Shown here: positions 10,994-21,163 of the stretch, piece after piece
Numbering within the stretch: the stretch's first letter is position 1
Layout: each line of letters begins with the position of its first letter
Assembly: GCA_001931535.1 (NCBI GenBank)
Contig: CP016211.1
Coordinates: forward strand, 4,439,573 to 4,503,572
Length of the DNA: 64,000 nt
DNA from: Minicystis rosea
GTDB lineage: Bacteria; Myxococcota_A; Polyangia; Polyangiales; Polyangiaceae
Direction of reading: 5' to 3'
The notes under the pieces: generated by a model
Database searches by the model: none
The model's input: the letters and a program-made list of their open reading frames with translations, nothing else
Told to the model about the DNA's origin: nothing
Made by a program: the position numbers and the translations under genes

Positions 10994-11371
10994 TCAGTGA
11001 CAAGCCGGGTTGTCGGTCGGATCACCGGGCTTGCGCGCGGCCAGCACGAACGACGTGCGCATGGTCTCGCCGCTCTCGACGTCCTCCTTGACCCACGCGA
11101 GATCGCACTCGGTGCCTTCGATCGTCACGTGGTAGACGCCGGTCAGCGCGCGATCTTCGACCACCACGCCCTCGCCCGTCCTCTCGTTGAAGACCGTGAC
11201 GAGCGCGCCCGCGTTGCAGTTGCCGAAGACCTCCCACGTGCCCGGCGTGGTGCCGGCGTTGATGGTGGTCGGCTGCTCGGGCGGCGGCAGCGGCAGCGTC
11301 GGGCTGAGACACGACGAGAGCGACAGCGCCGCTGCCAACGCGAGGACCGGGAAGAGGGAACGCCGGCGCAT
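10994..11371 (-). CDS. Small lipoprotein (125 aa), function unknown
   Basis: The internal ATG gives MRRRSLFPVLALAAALSLSSC, a signal peptide plus lipobox. The upstream part of the listed 405-aa ORF is Arg/Pro-rich junk overlapping rimO antisense. Confidence 0.45.
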   Translation of the reverse strand: MRRRSLFPVLALAAALSLSSCLSPTLPLPPPEQPTTINAGTTPGTWEVFGNCNAGALVTVFNERTGEGVVVEDRALTGVYHVTIEGTECDLAWVKEDVESGETMRTSFVLAARKPGDPTDNPACH

Positions 11372-11481
11372 CGACAACCAAGATAGCACACGACGTGCCG
11401 GCGCCCCGCCGTCGAGAGAGCGCTGCATTTTGCCTGGATCGAGGAAGGCACGCGCCGGCGACGTGCCAACCTCGTTGGCGC

Positions 11482-12993
11482 TCAGCGCCCGTCGGTTTGC
11501 AGCACCCGGAGGCCGACCCGACGCTTCGGGGCCGGCTTCTCGATGACGGGAGCGTCCTCCGCGTCCGGATCGATCAGCTCGCCGACCAGATCGTAGTCGC
11601 TGGCCTGCGTGATCACGACGCGACGGATCTCGCCGGGACGCGCTTCGCCGCCGGACAGATAGACCTGTCCATCGATGTCGGGCGCCTGGCCCGCATGACG
11701 GCCCATCATCACGAACTCGTGCTCGTCGCTCTGGCCCGAGACGAGGACCTCCATCTCGCGGCCGACGAGCGCTTGGTTCTTCGCGTGGGCGATGCCGCGC
11801 TGGATCTGCATGAGCTTGCGGTAGCGCTTCTCGGCGACGCGCGTGGGCACCTTGCCTTCGAGCGCGAAGCTCGCGCAGCTCTCTTCGTCGGAGTAGCGGA
11901 AGACGCCGACGCGATCGAACTCGGCCCACTTCACGAACTCGCAGAGCTCGTCGAACTCTTCGTCGGTCTCGCCCGGGTGGCCGACGATGAACGCGGTCCG
12001 GAACGTGAGCGAAGGGACGCGCGTCTTCAGATCGGTGACGACGCGGCGGAGGCGCTCGCCGCCGTGGCCGCGGCGCATGCGGCGCAGCATGGCGTCGGCG
12101 GCGTGCTGGAGCGGCATGTCGACGTACGGGACGACGCGCGGGTGGTTCGCGAGGAGATCGAGGAGCGCGTCGCTCATGGCCTCGGGGTAGAGGTAGAAGA
12201 CGCGGACCCAATGCACGCCGGGCACTTCGGCCACCGCGCCGACGAGATCGGCGAGGACGGCCTTGTCGACCGAGCCCTTGGCGAAGTCGCGGCCGTACGC
12301 GATGGTGTCCTGCGAGATGAGGTTGATCTCGCGCACGCCCTCGGACGCGAGGCGCGTGACCTCCTCGACGACGTCGCGCACGGGACGCGAGCGCTGGAGG
12401 CCGCGCATCTCGGGGATGACGCAGAACGAGCAGGTGCGGTTGCAGCCCTCGGCGATCTTCACGTAGGCGCTGCCGCCCGGCGTCGAGAGCACGCGCGGGC
12501 TCGCGGCCTGCACCACCCAGTCGGCCGGGTTGCCCACGAGCATGCGCTCGGCGCGGCCCGAGAGGACGTCGCCGAGCTTCATCATGTCGCTCGATCCGAG
12601 GAAGTGATCGACCTCGGGCATCTCCTTCGCGAGCTCCGCCGGGTGGCGCTGCGAGAGGCAGCCCGCGACGACAAGCCGCTTGAGCGCGCCCTTGTCCTTG
12701 AGGTCGGCCATCTCGAGGATGGCGTCGATCGACTCCTTTTTGGCTTCGCCGATGAAGCCGCAGGTGTTGACGACGATGACCTCGGCGTCGCCGGCGTCGT
12801 CGACGTGCGCGTAGCCGGCGCCGCGCGCGACGCCGAGCATCACCTCGGAGTCGACCCGGTTCTTGGGGCAGCCGAGGCTGACGAAATGGATGGTCTTGCG
12901 CTCCGCCGCGGCGGGCGCGGCGTCACGCGAAGCCGCGGCGCGCTTCGGTTTGCGGTCGTCGCGGCCGGTCTGGCCTCGTTTCTCAGCGCCCAA
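11482..12993 (-). CDS. rimO: Ribosomal protein S12 methylthiotransferase RimO (radical-SAM MTTase with TRAM domain)
   Basis: It has the N-terminal MTTase cysteine motif VSLGCPKNRVDSE, a radical-SAM CNRTCSFC motif and a C-terminal TRAM domain. The N-terminal basic extension leaves the start somewhat uncertain. It overlaps the pyrC stop by 11 nt. Confidence 0.85.
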   Translation of the reverse strand: MGAEKRGQTGRDDRKPKRAAASRDAAPAAAERKTIHFVSLGCPKNRVDSEVMLGVARGAGYAHVDDAGDAEVIVVNTCGFIGEAKKESIDAILEMADLKDKGALKRLVVAGCLSQRHPAELAKEMPEVDHFLGSSDMMKLGDVLSGRAERMLVGNPADWVVQAASPRVLSTPGGSAYVKIAEGCNRTCSFCVIPEMRGLQRSRPVRDVVEEVTRLASEGVREINLISQDTIAYGRDFAKGSVDKAVLADLVGAVAEVPGVHWVRVFYLYPEAMSDALLDLLANHPRVVPYVDMPLQHAADAMLRRMRRGHGGERLRRVVTDLKTRVPSLTFRTAFIVGHPGETDEEFDELCEFVKWAEFDRVGVFRYSDEESCASFALEGKVPTRVAEKRYRKLMQIQRGIAHAKNQALVGREMEVLVSGQSDEHEFVMMGRHAGQAPDIDGQVYLSGGEARPGEIRRVVITQASDYDLVGELIDPDAEDAPVIEKPAPKRRVGLRVLQTDGR

Positions 12994-14305
12994 CGGCTTC
13001 CTCCAAATCGCGCACGATCTTGCCCCCGGCCAGCGTCATCCGCACTTCGCCCACGAGCTTCTTGCCGAGCCAGGGCGTGTTTCGGCTCTTCGAACGGAGC
13101 CGCGCCGGATCGACGGAGAACGAAGCCTCCGGATCGATCAAGCAGAGCTCGGCGACGGCGCCTTCGTGGATCGAAGGCGCGGTGAGGCTGACGATGCGTG
13201 CCGGCGCGCGCGTGAGCGCATCGACGAGGCGCGCGAGCGGAAGCGCGCCCGCGCGCACCAGACCGAGCAGCACGGGGACGACGAGCTCGAGGCCGATCAT
13301 CCCGGGCGAGGCCTCGGAGAACTCGCAGTCCTTCTCGAGCGACGAGTGGGGCGCGTGATCGGTGGCGATGGCGTCGATCGTCCCATCGGCGAGCGCGGCG
13401 CGCACGGCCTCGACGTCGGCCTGCTCGCGCAGCGGCGGGTTGACCTTGCACGCCGTGTCGTAGCCGATGACGGCCTCGTCGGTGAGCATCAGGTGATGCG
13501 GCGTGACCTCCGCGGTCACGGCGATGCCGCGCTCTTTCGCTTCGCGCAGGATGCGCACCGCGCCGAGCGAAGAGATGTGGGCCACGTGGTACCGCGCGCC
13601 CGTCGCCTCCGCGAGGAGGATGTCGCGGGCCACGATGATGTCCTCCGCGACGCGCGGCCACCCGCGCAGGCCGAGCCGCGTGGCCACGGCGCCCTCGTGC
13701 ATCTGCGCGCCTTCGGTGAGCGCGTGATCCTCGGCGTGTTGGATGATCGGGAGATCGAAGGTGCGCCCGTATTCGAGGGCGCGGCGCATGACCGCGCTCG
13801 ACGTGACGCAGCGCCCGTCGTCGGAGACGCCGACGGCGCCCGCGTCCTTGAGGTCGGCCATCTCGGTGAGCTCGGCGCCCTTCTGCCCGAGGGTGATGGC
13901 CCCGATCGGGTGCAGCGCCGGCCCGCCGACTTCGCGAGCCCGCGCGATCATCGCCGCAGTGATGGCGCGCGTGTCGTTCACCGGCTTGGTGTTGGGCATC
14001 ACGCACACGTGCGCGAACCCGCCGGCGGCCGCCGCGGCGAGACCGGAGGCGATGTCCTCCTTGTATTCGTGACCGGGCTCGCGCAGGTGCGCGTGCAAGT
14101 CGACGAAGGCAGGCACCAAGAGCCGCCCGCGGCCCTCGATGACGCGGGTGCGCTCGGAGCGGCGCATCTCCTCGGTGGCGGCGCCTTTGCCGATGCGGGT
14201 GATGAGGCCCTTCTCGATGACGACGTCGATCACAGCGTCGAGCGAGCGGGCCGGATCGAAGGCGCGCACGCCCGTGAAGACGAGCGCGTCGGGTCGGTTA
14301 TCCAT
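12983..14305 (-). CDS. pyrC: Dihydroorotase
   Basis: It has DLHAHLREPG and DHAPH metal-ligand motifs on an amidohydrolase fold. The start may instead be at 14326. Confidence 0.85.
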   Translation of the reverse strand: MDNRPDALVFTGVRAFDPARSLDAVIDVVIEKGLITRIGKGAATEEMRRSERTRVIEGRGRLLVPAFVDLHAHLREPGHEYKEDIASGLAAAAAGGFAHVCVMPNTKPVNDTRAITAAMIARAREVGGPALHPIGAITLGQKGAELTEMADLKDAGAVGVSDDGRCVTSSAVMRRALEYGRTFDLPIIQHAEDHALTEGAQMHEGAVATRLGLRGWPRVAEDIIVARDILLAEATGARYHVAHISSLGAVRILREAKERGIAVTAEVTPHHLMLTDEAVIGYDTACKVNPPLREQADVEAVRAALADGTIDAIATDHAPHSSLEKDCEFSEASPGMIGLELVVPVLLGLVRAGALPLARLVDALTRAPARIVSLTAPSIHEGAVAELCLIDPEASFSVDPARLRSKSRNTPWLGKKLVGEVRMTLAGGKIVRDLEEAVGR

Positions 14306-14377
14306 ACGCGGGCGCATGCCTAGCACGGCGTCGCGCGGCTATCGACCTGCTCGATCTTCCGGGTTTCGTTCCTGCGC

Positions 14378-16042
14378 ATGGATCCTCGTTCCGCTCCGGA
14401 AAACCGGCCTTGGCGACGGCACCCCGTGTTACGGTCCGGCATCTTGCCTCCCTCGCCGGTCGAGCCTTCGGAGGGCGCTGCACCTCCCTCCGGCGTGGAT
14501 CCGTTGGGTCACGCGGCCGAGCCGCCCCTCGGCGACGGCAAGCAAAGCGAGGCGCCGGCAGCGACGCCCACGGGCCTGCGTGCGCTCCAGGTCATCGCCG
14601 TCGCGGCGGCGATCGCGCATCTCGCGGCGCGCGTGTCCTTCGCGCATACGGGGCGTTTCTTCGCCTGCGAGGACGACGCGTATCGATCGTATCTCTCGTT
14701 CTTGATCGCGCAGGGCGGCGATCTCATCGGTCGCTTCTGGTTGCCCGGGCACCTCGTCGCGATGGCGTTCGTCCAGCGGCTCGGTGTGCCGGTGGCTTGG
14801 GCGGGCATCGCCGTGGGAACCCTCGCCGTCGTGGGCCTCGCCGTCGGCCTCGCCGACGTGGCCCGCTCGCTCGCGCCCGCGGATCTCCGCCCTGCCGCGC
14901 CGTGGGCTGCGCTGCTGCTCGTCGCGGCGTCACCGCTCACACTCGTGCTCGGTCACTCGTCGCTCGCCGAGACGCTCGAGTGCGCGCTCCTCATGCTCGG
15001 CGCCGCGGGGATCCTCCGGCGCATCCGCGGAGGCTCGCGCCGCATGCTGATCGGGGGCGCGCTCGCGCTGCTCGCGGCCACGTGGATTCGTTACGAGGCG
15101 TGGGCCGTGGTGCTGATGCTCCCCGGCGTGCTCTACCTCGTGCAGCGTCGCGCCGGCTGCGACATGCGCACAGCGGGCACGGACGCGCTCGTCAGCGCCC
15201 TCCCCGCCCTCGGCCCGCTCGCGTGGCTCGCCTGCCAAGCCATCGTCTACAAAGACCCGTTCGCCTTCATCGATCAGATCGACACCATGTCCACCGCGCT
15301 CACCGGCGAGCCGTCGAGCGTTCGTGTGGCGATCGATCGCGCGGGCGCGCTCCTTCGCTGGGCACCGGCGACGTTGGCGTGGTCGGCCGTGGCCGCCTGG
15401 GCGCTACGTGATCGCCGCGAAACACGCACCGGAGCGTTGCTCCTCGTCGGCGTGGCCACCTTCGGCATCGTCATCGAAGTGGCGAGCGGCCGCGAGCACG
15501 GCGTGTTCACGGCGCGGCTCGCTTACGGCATCGAGATCGCGCTCTGGCCGCTCGCCGCGCTCGGCATCGCGAGCGTCGTGATGCGCCGCCCCGCGATCGC
15601 GGCGGCCTTGGCGATCGCGACGGCGGCCGTGCTCGTGGTCGGCGTGAGGCGGCCGCCGGAGATCATGGATCGCGCGTCACCGACCGCAGGCTTGCTCCTG
15701 CGCCGCGGTGGTTTGGAAGCGACGCTCGGGCCCGGCGTGCTCATGGTGGAGCGCGTCCCCGAGCGACCGCCGTTCGGATGGGCGGCCCTCGGCGTGCTGT
15801 GGAGCCGGTGGGATCGCACCGTGTGGGCGACGCGCCGGGTGAACCGCTGGGAGCTCGTGGAGCCGCTCGACGTGCGTGGGCGCGCCACCGTGAAACCCGA
15901 CGCGCTGCCCACATGGATGGATCGTCACCGCGTGACGGCCGCTTGGATCCTCACGCCCAACTCGATGGCCCAGATCGCCGAGGCGTGGCCGAAAGCGAAG
16001 GTCGTGCGCATCGGCGCGGGATCGCTGGTGGTGAAGGAGTGA
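14378..16042 (+). CDS. Polytopic membrane protein, GT-C-type glycosyltransferase-like (ArnT/PMT family-like)
   Basis: There are more than 10 predicted TM helices and a large C-terminal soluble domain. The adjacent gene is a paralogue with GT-C signatures. Confidence 0.5.
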   Translation: MDPRSAPENRPWRRHPVLRSGILPPSPVEPSEGAAPPSGVDPLGHAAEPPLGDGKQSEAPAATPTGLRALQVIAVAAAIAHLAARVSFAHTGRFFACEDDAYRSYLSFLIAQGGDLIGRFWLPGHLVAMAFVQRLGVPVAWAGIAVGTLAVVGLAVGLADVARSLAPADLRPAAPWAALLLVAASPLTLVLGHSSLAETLECALLMLGAAGILRRIRGGSRRMLIGGALALLAATWIRYEAWAVVLMLPGVLYLVQRRAGCDMRTAGTDALVSALPALGPLAWLACQAIVYKDPFAFIDQIDTMSTALTGEPSSVRVAIDRAGALLRWAPATLAWSAVAAWALRDRRETRTGALLLVGVATFGIVIEVASGREHGVFTARLAYGIEIALWPLAALGIASVVMRRPAIAAALAIATAAVLVVGVRRPPEIMDRASPTAGLLLRRGGLEATLGPGVLMVERVPERPPFGWAALGVLWSRWDRTVWATRRVNRWELVEPLDVRGRATVKPDALPTWMDRHRVTAAWILTPNSMAQIAEAWPKAKVVRIGAGSLVVKE

Positions 16043-16048
16043 CCGATC

Positions 16049-17422
16049 GTGATCTCGCCTCCTCGATCGCGTCGCGCCCTCGTCCGCCACGTGATCGACC
16101 GCGCCATCACGCGCGTGCGCGCCACGCTGCAAGCCCAGAGCCCGCCTCCCTCGCTGCTCCTCGCCCTCTTCCTCGTCGCGCTCTGGCCTCGCCTCTCGTT
16201 CGTCGACGAGCATCCGCCCGGCCTCTATCTCGTCAGTGACATGGCCATCTACCGCGAGCGTGCGCTGCGCATGCTCGACGGCCCACGTGATGTCTGGGAC
16301 ACGTTCACGCCGCCTGGATATCCAGCGCTCGTCGCGCTGATCTTCGCCGCCTTCGGGCGCAACGACGCGCACGTCGGCCTGCTTCAGGCAGCGCTCGGCG
16401 CAGCCACCGTGGTGCTCGCGTTCCTCGTCGCGCATCGCGTGAGCGGGAGCATCGTCGCGGCGCTCGGCGCGTTCACGGTGCTCGCGCTCTATCCGCCGCT
16501 GCTCCTCTACACCGGCTTCTTCCTCACCGAGACCACGTTCGCGTTCTTGGTCGCGCTCTTCGTCGTTGCCTTCGTCGCCGCCGTGGATCGCGCGAGCCCC
16601 CTCGTCGCTGCAGCCTCCGGTGTCGTCTTCGCGGCCGCATCCGCGGTGCGTCCGAACCTGCTCCTCGCGATCCCCTTTCTCGCCGTCGTGATCCTGGTGC
16701 TCCGCCGCGAGCCGCGTGTCGTTCGTGCCGGCGTGATCGCGATGCTCGCCGCGCTGCCCGTCCTCGCGGCCGTCTCGCGCGACAACAGCCGGCTCGCCGG
16801 CCGCCCCGTCCTCCTCGCCACGAACGGCGGCGTGAACTTCTACCTCGCACATGCCGACGTGCGCGGGCTGCGCTTCCCGGCCGGCGACGCCGTGCGCGAG
16901 CTCAGCACCTATGCGAGCCGCGCGCGGCGAGCGCCCGTCGAGGAGGTCGACATCCACGCCTATGACGACGCCGCGTTCTATGCACGCGGGCTCGCGTCGA
17001 TCCGGCACGATCGCACGGCCCTCCGGCGCTCGCTCGGCGCGATCGCCGACGGGCTGGGCGCCGGTGCCGTCGGCGGCCGCGAGAACCCACCGTATTGGCC
17101 GGGATGGATGGGGCACGACGAACCGCTCGGCCGATGGCTCCGCGCCATGCTCGCGCTGGGCACGGTGCCGGCCGTCGCGCACGCCGCGTGGCTCGCGCGG
17201 CGGCGCAAGCTCGCGCGCCTCGACGAGCTGCCTCGCCTGCTCGTGCTCGCGCTGCTCGCCTCGGTGATCGCGACGCTCTCGCTCTTCTTGGGCAACCCGC
17301 GGGTGCGGGTGTCGTTCGATCCGCTGCTGATCGCGCTCGCCGCGGCCGCGTGGGGAGCCCTCGCGCGCGCCGCTTGGATCAAGCTGCGATCACGGCGCGG
17401 CGCATCCTCCCGCGCCCCGTGA
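16049..17422 (+). CDS. GT-C family glycosyltransferase (ArnT / dolichyl-phosphate-mannose protein mannosyltransferase-like)
   Basis: A GTG start lies 7 nt after the previous stop. The protein is multi-TM, and the N-terminal loop motif FTPPGYPALVALIFAAFG is typical of GT83/GT39 ArnT-like enzymes. Confidence 0.55.
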   Translation: MISPPRSRRALVRHVIDRAITRVRATLQAQSPPPSLLLALFLVALWPRLSFVDEHPPGLYLVSDMAIYRERALRMLDGPRDVWDTFTPPGYPALVALIFAAFGRNDAHVGLLQAALGAATVVLAFLVAHRVSGSIVAALGAFTVLALYPPLLLYTGFFLTETTFAFLVALFVVAFVAAVDRASPLVAAASGVVFAAASAVRPNLLLAIPFLAVVILVLRREPRVVRAGVIAMLAALPVLAAVSRDNSRLAGRPVLLATNGGVNFYLAHADVRGLRFPAGDAVRELSTYASRARRAPVEEVDIHAYDDAAFYARGLASIRHDRTALRRSLGAIADGLGAGAVGGRENPPYWPGWMGHDEPLGRWLRAMLALGTVPAVAHAAWLARRRKLARLDELPRLLVLALLASVIATLSLFLGNPRVRVSFDPLLIALAAAAWGALARAAWIKLRSRRGASSRAP

Positions 17423-17424
17423 TC

Positions 17425-18123
17425 TCACTTTCGGTCGCGCTTCACCAGCGAGGACGCGCTGACCGACACGACGTCGACCTGCTTCAGCCCGGCGAAGATC
17501 ACCCGCAGATAGCGCGTGAAATCCCGCTCGAAATCCACTGCCATCCCTTCGAGCTCGGGGCGCGCCAGCGCCTCTTTGGCGGCGGGCGGCGGGTGCACCG
17601 CGGGCCAGATGCCGGCGACCCACGTCGCCGTCGCGTTCGCGGCCCAGGCGCACGTCACGAGCGACAGCTCGGGCAAACGCGCGTGCAGGAGGCCGGCGAT
17701 GTCCAGCGTCAGCTCGGCGAGCGTGCGCTTCGCCGCCGCGATGGACTCGGCCGAGAGGTTTCGCTCGAGCACCGACGAGACGATGCTCATCAGCTCGCAC
17801 AGCTTCGGCTGCGCCGCGAAGGCGGCCACGATCGCGCCGACGACACCGTCGACGTCCCCCGGCTTCACCGCCTCGAGCAAGCGCGCGAGCGCGCCACCGA
17901 GCTCGCGCACCTCCTCGATCCACACCTGGAGCAGCACGTGCTCGCGGCTCTCGAAGTAACGATAGATGTTCGGCTTCGAGACACCGGATCGACGCGCCAG
18001 CTCGTTTAGACTGAGCTCGCTCGTGTCGACCTCACCGAGGAGCTTGCGCGCCGCCTTGAGGATCGCCTGCCGGCGCACCTCCCGCTCTTCGGGCTTGCGG
18101 GCTCGCTGGAACCTGGGGCGCAT
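17425..18123 (-). CDS. TetR/AcrR family transcriptional regulator
   Basis: The N-terminal HTH is ELSLNELARRSGVSKPNIYRYFESRE. Confidence 0.8.
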   Translation of the reverse strand: MRPRFQRARKPEEREVRRQAILKAARKLLGEVDTSELSLNELARRSGVSKPNIYRYFESREHVLLQVWIEEVRELGGALARLLEAVKPGDVDGVVGAIVAAFAAQPKLCELMSIVSSVLERNLSAESIAAAKRTLAELTLDIAGLLHARLPELSLVTCAWAANATATWVAGIWPAVHPPPAAKEALARPELEGMAVDFERDFTRYLRVIFAGLKQVDVVSVSASSLVKRDRK

Positions 18124-18188
18124 GTCGCGCTGACTCTAGCGCTCCTCGGGCGAGCGCGTCGACGTCCCGGCGAGCACGCGCGCCGCGC

Positions 18189-19112
18189 TCACGCGGTCCT
18201 CCGCGCGGGCTCGCTCAGATCGAAGCGCACGCCCGTGAGCCGCTCCGAAGCCTCCCACAGCGCACGCGCCGTGGCCTCGTCGCGCGCGCGGCGCGGCAGG
18301 CGCACCTCGACCGGCGGGCCGTTCATGTTGAAGAGCCGCCGCGGCCCGTAGAACTCGCCCGAAGCCACCGCGCCGTTCGCCGCGTAGAGCGAAGGCAGCG
18401 CGCCGTCCGCCGCTTGCTGGCCGATGAAGCGCATGGAGATCCGCGTCCCGAGCCCCGTGTATTGCTGCAAGTTGGTGTGCGTCGCGCCGGGGTGCGCCGC
18501 GACGCTCACGAGCCACGGCGCGCGGCGCCCGAGCTCCAGCATGAAGTGCAGGTTGGCGAGCTTCGACTGCGCGTACGTGAAGGCCGGCGAGTAGCGGCGC
18601 TCCGACTGGAGGTTCGCGAGATCGACGCAGCCGAAGTACGCCGTGCCGCTGGAGATGGTCACCACGCGCGGCGCGGCGCTGCGGCGAAGCGCCGGCACGA
18701 GGAGCCCGGTGAGCGCGAAGTGGCCGAGGTGGTTCGTGCCGATCTGCCGCTCGAAGCCGTCCACCGTCTGCTCCCGCGCAGGGATCGCCATCACGCCCGC
18801 GTTGTTGACGAGGATGTCGAGCGCGCTGCCCGCGGAGAGGAAGCGCTCGGCGAAGGCGCGCACCGAGGCGAGGCTCGCGAGATCGAGCTGCTCGAAACGG
18901 AACGCTGCGGCCGGCCCTTCGGCGCGAAGGCGCGAGACCGCTTCTTCTCCACGCGTGACGTCGCGGCACGCGACCACCACCTGCGCGCCGGCGCGGCCCA
19001 GCTCGAGCGCGGTGTGGAAGCCGATGCCGCTGTTGGCTCCCGTGACGATCACCTGCTTGCCCGTGAGATCGCCGATGTCCTTCGTGCCCCAGTCCTTCGC
19101 CACCTGACGCAT
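18189..19112 (-). CDS. Short-chain dehydrogenase/reductase (retinol-dehydrogenase/WWOX-like SDR)
   Basis: It has a TGANSGIG Rossmann motif, an NNAG motif and a YAQSK catalytic Tyr/Lys. It sits upstream of the TetR gene on the same strand. Confidence 0.8.
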   Translation of the reverse strand: MRQVAKDWGTKDIGDLTGKQVIVTGANSGIGFHTALELGRAGAQVVVACRDVTRGEEAVSRLRAEGPAAAFRFEQLDLASLASVRAFAERFLSAGSALDILVNNAGVMAIPAREQTVDGFERQIGTNHLGHFALTGLLVPALRRSAAPRVVTISSGTAYFGCVDLANLQSERRYSPAFTYAQSKLANLHFMLELGRRAPWLVSVAAHPGATHTNLQQYTGLGTRISMRFIGQQAADGALPSLYAANGAVASGEFYGPRRLFNMNGPPVEVRLPRRARDEATARALWEASERLTGVRFDLSEPARRTA

Positions 19113-19252
19113 GGGTCTCCTCCCGGCCGCATTAGCGGACCAACGGTCCCCTATTTAGCGACCATCGGTCCGTTGTCAACGGCGAACGGCCGACTTCGTC
19201 ACCGTCCGCGCCAGGGGCGCGCCGTCACGACGATGGATCCTCTACGGGGAGA

Positions 19253-21163
19253 TCAGCGATCGATGCGGCAGGTGATGGTCTGCCCGCGCTTCGGGAGCAG
19301 ATGGACGCGCCCCTTGGCGTCGGCGCCGTCGCAGAAACGATCTCCCTTCGACGGCCCGCCCGAGCGATCGACATCCAGCGTCGCCCGCAGCCACGAAGGC
19401 CCGCACAGCGGCGCGCGCGGCACGAGCTTGCCCACCGCGTGCTCGCCGCTCGCCGTAGGCTCGGGCGGCAACACCGTGTGATCGATCGCGCGTGGCAGCG
19501 GATCGATGCCGTACTCCACGAACACCGCCGCCGGCCGAGGCGAAGGCGTGACCACCTCGATGGTCACCGGGCAGCCCTCGAACCGACCGATGAAGAGGCC
19601 ACCGCGCCGGTAGTCGGTGACGTAGCCGCGGTCCGCGAGGAGATCGCCGTCCTCGGGCCGGCCATGGACGACGACGTCCGCGAACGGCGTGCCCACCGCC
19701 GCGAGGAACGTCATCAGCGCCGCGCGCACCGCCGGATCCGAAGCGACGCGCGGGTCGCGCAGATCGGCCGGATCGTACAGCTCCGGATAGCGCTCCTTGC
19801 CCGCCGCCGAGAACACGAACGAATGGAGCTGTGGGTTGGTGACGAACGTGTACGAAGGGACGCCGCCCTGCGCGACGGCGTAGAGGGCCCCGAGGTTGAA
19901 GAGCGGCGCGTAGTACGGGATCTCCGCGTGCGCCTCATCGCCGCGCACCGCCAGGCCCGCGAACGGATCCATCGGCACCACGAGGCGCGGCCCCTTGCGA
20001 TCGAGCGGCGCCGACAGGCCGGAGAGCGCGTCGTCCACCCGCGCGCGCAGCGCGACCGCCGTGCGCGCGGCCCACACGAGGGACATCGCCGCGAGGCCCG
20101 CGAGCCCCGCGATCACCGCGCGCCTCCGCGCCGCGTCGAGCCGCTCCAGCGGGATCAGCGCGGCGCCCAGCAAACAGGCGAAGGGCAGGAACCGCGGCGC
20201 GAAGAACTCCCACGCGGCGAGGTGCAGCGGCGCGAAGAACGCGCACGCGAGAAAGAGCAACGACGCGCCCGCGACGGCGAGCTCCACATGCGACGAAGCC
20301 GCGCGACGCACCCGCGCCGCGACGACCGCGAGGCCCGCGAGGCCGAGCAGCAACGGCGGCCACGCGCGAAAGAGCGGCCCAGGCAGCAGCATGCGCGGCA
20401 GCACCGTGAAGCGATCCGCGAGCGACAGCCATTCGCTCGCCCGCGACTCGGGGTTCGCCGCGCCGGCGGCGATGATCAGCGCGGGCAGGCCCATCAACGC
20501 GAGCAGGCCGAGCTCCTTCGCGCGCGCCGGCGCGGCACGCTCCGGCGCGACCTCGGGCGGCCGCGGCGCGAGCGCGACCATGAGCAGGAGCACGAGGCCC
20601 GTGAGCTCCGCCGCGAAGATGTGCGCCACCGCCTGCACCGACAGCAGCGCCGCCACGGCGAGGCGGCGCTTCGGCGTCCACGGCCACGCGCCCGCCGCCA
20701 CCGCGAGCGTCGTGAGGCCGACGGCGACCGAGAGCGTGAACGAGAAGAAGCCCATGTACATGGACCACGAGATCGCCGTGGCGAAGCCGACGAGCCCGAG
20801 CGCCGCGCGCTGCGGATGAAGCGCGCGCGAGAGCGCCACGTGGCCGAAGCCCCACGCGAGCGCCGTGAGCGTGAGCGTCAGCTTGAGCGCGGTGCGCCAG
20901 CCCGCGAACTTCTCGAAGGCCGCGAACAGCACGTTGAACCCGAGCGCCGTCCGCGGATGCCCGCGCTCGAGCCACGCCGCGTAGCCCGCGCCCGGATCGT
21001 CGAAGTGGTTCGACAGGTGCCCGAGGAACACGTGCTGCGGGCCGTCGTGCGTGGGCAGATAGTCCACGATCCACAGCGACGCGATCACGCCCAGCGACGC
21101 GAGCGCGAAGAGCCCCAGCACCGCGCGCTCCGCGCCCTTCGTCTCCGTTGTGTCGTTGCTCAT
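19253..21163 (-). CDS. Large polytopic membrane protein, function unknown
   Basis: The internal ATG (MSNDTTETKG...) overlaps the stop of the upstream gene (ATGA at 21160-21163). There are more than 12 hydrophobic helices followed by a soluble C-terminal domain. Confidence 0.5.
   Translation of the reverse strand: MSNDTTETKGAERAVLGLFALASLGVIASLWIVDYLPTHDGPQHVFLGHLSNHFDDPGAGYAAWLERGHPRTALGFNVLFAAFEKFAGWRTALKLTLTLTALAWGFGHVALSRALHPQRAALGLVGFATAISWSMYMGFFSFTLSVAVGLTTLAVAAGAWPWTPKRRLAVAALLSVQAVAHIFAAELTGLVLLLMVALAPRPPEVAPERAAPARAKELGLLALMGLPALIIAAGAANPESRASEWLSLADRFTVLPRMLLPGPLFRAWPPLLLGLAGLAVVAARVRRAASSHVELAVAGASLLFLACAFFAPLHLAAWEFFAPRFLPFACLLGAALIPLERLDAARRRAVIAGLAGLAAMSLVWAARTAVALRARVDDALSGLSAPLDRKGPRLVVPMDPFAGLAVRGDEAHAEIPYYAPLFNLGALYAVAQGGVPSYTFVTNPQLHSFVFSAAGKERYPELYDPADLRDPRVASDPAVRAALMTFLAAVGTPFADVVVHGRPEDGDLLADRGYVTDYRRGGLFIGRFEGCPVTIEVVTPSPRPAAVFVEYGIDPLPRAIDHTVLPPEPTASGEHAVGKLVPRAPLCGPSWLRATLDVDRSGGPSKGDRFCDGADAKGRVHLLPKRGQTITCRIDR

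Noticed and set aside
11395-13185. 596-aa plus-strand ORF antisense to rimO/pyrC, and similar long ORFs at 10049..11386, 12840..14006, 12863..14323 and 15677..17182
   Set aside because: These are GC-driven antisense or alternate frames. The true genes (rimO, pyrC, GT-C proteins) are identified by motifs on the other strand or frame.
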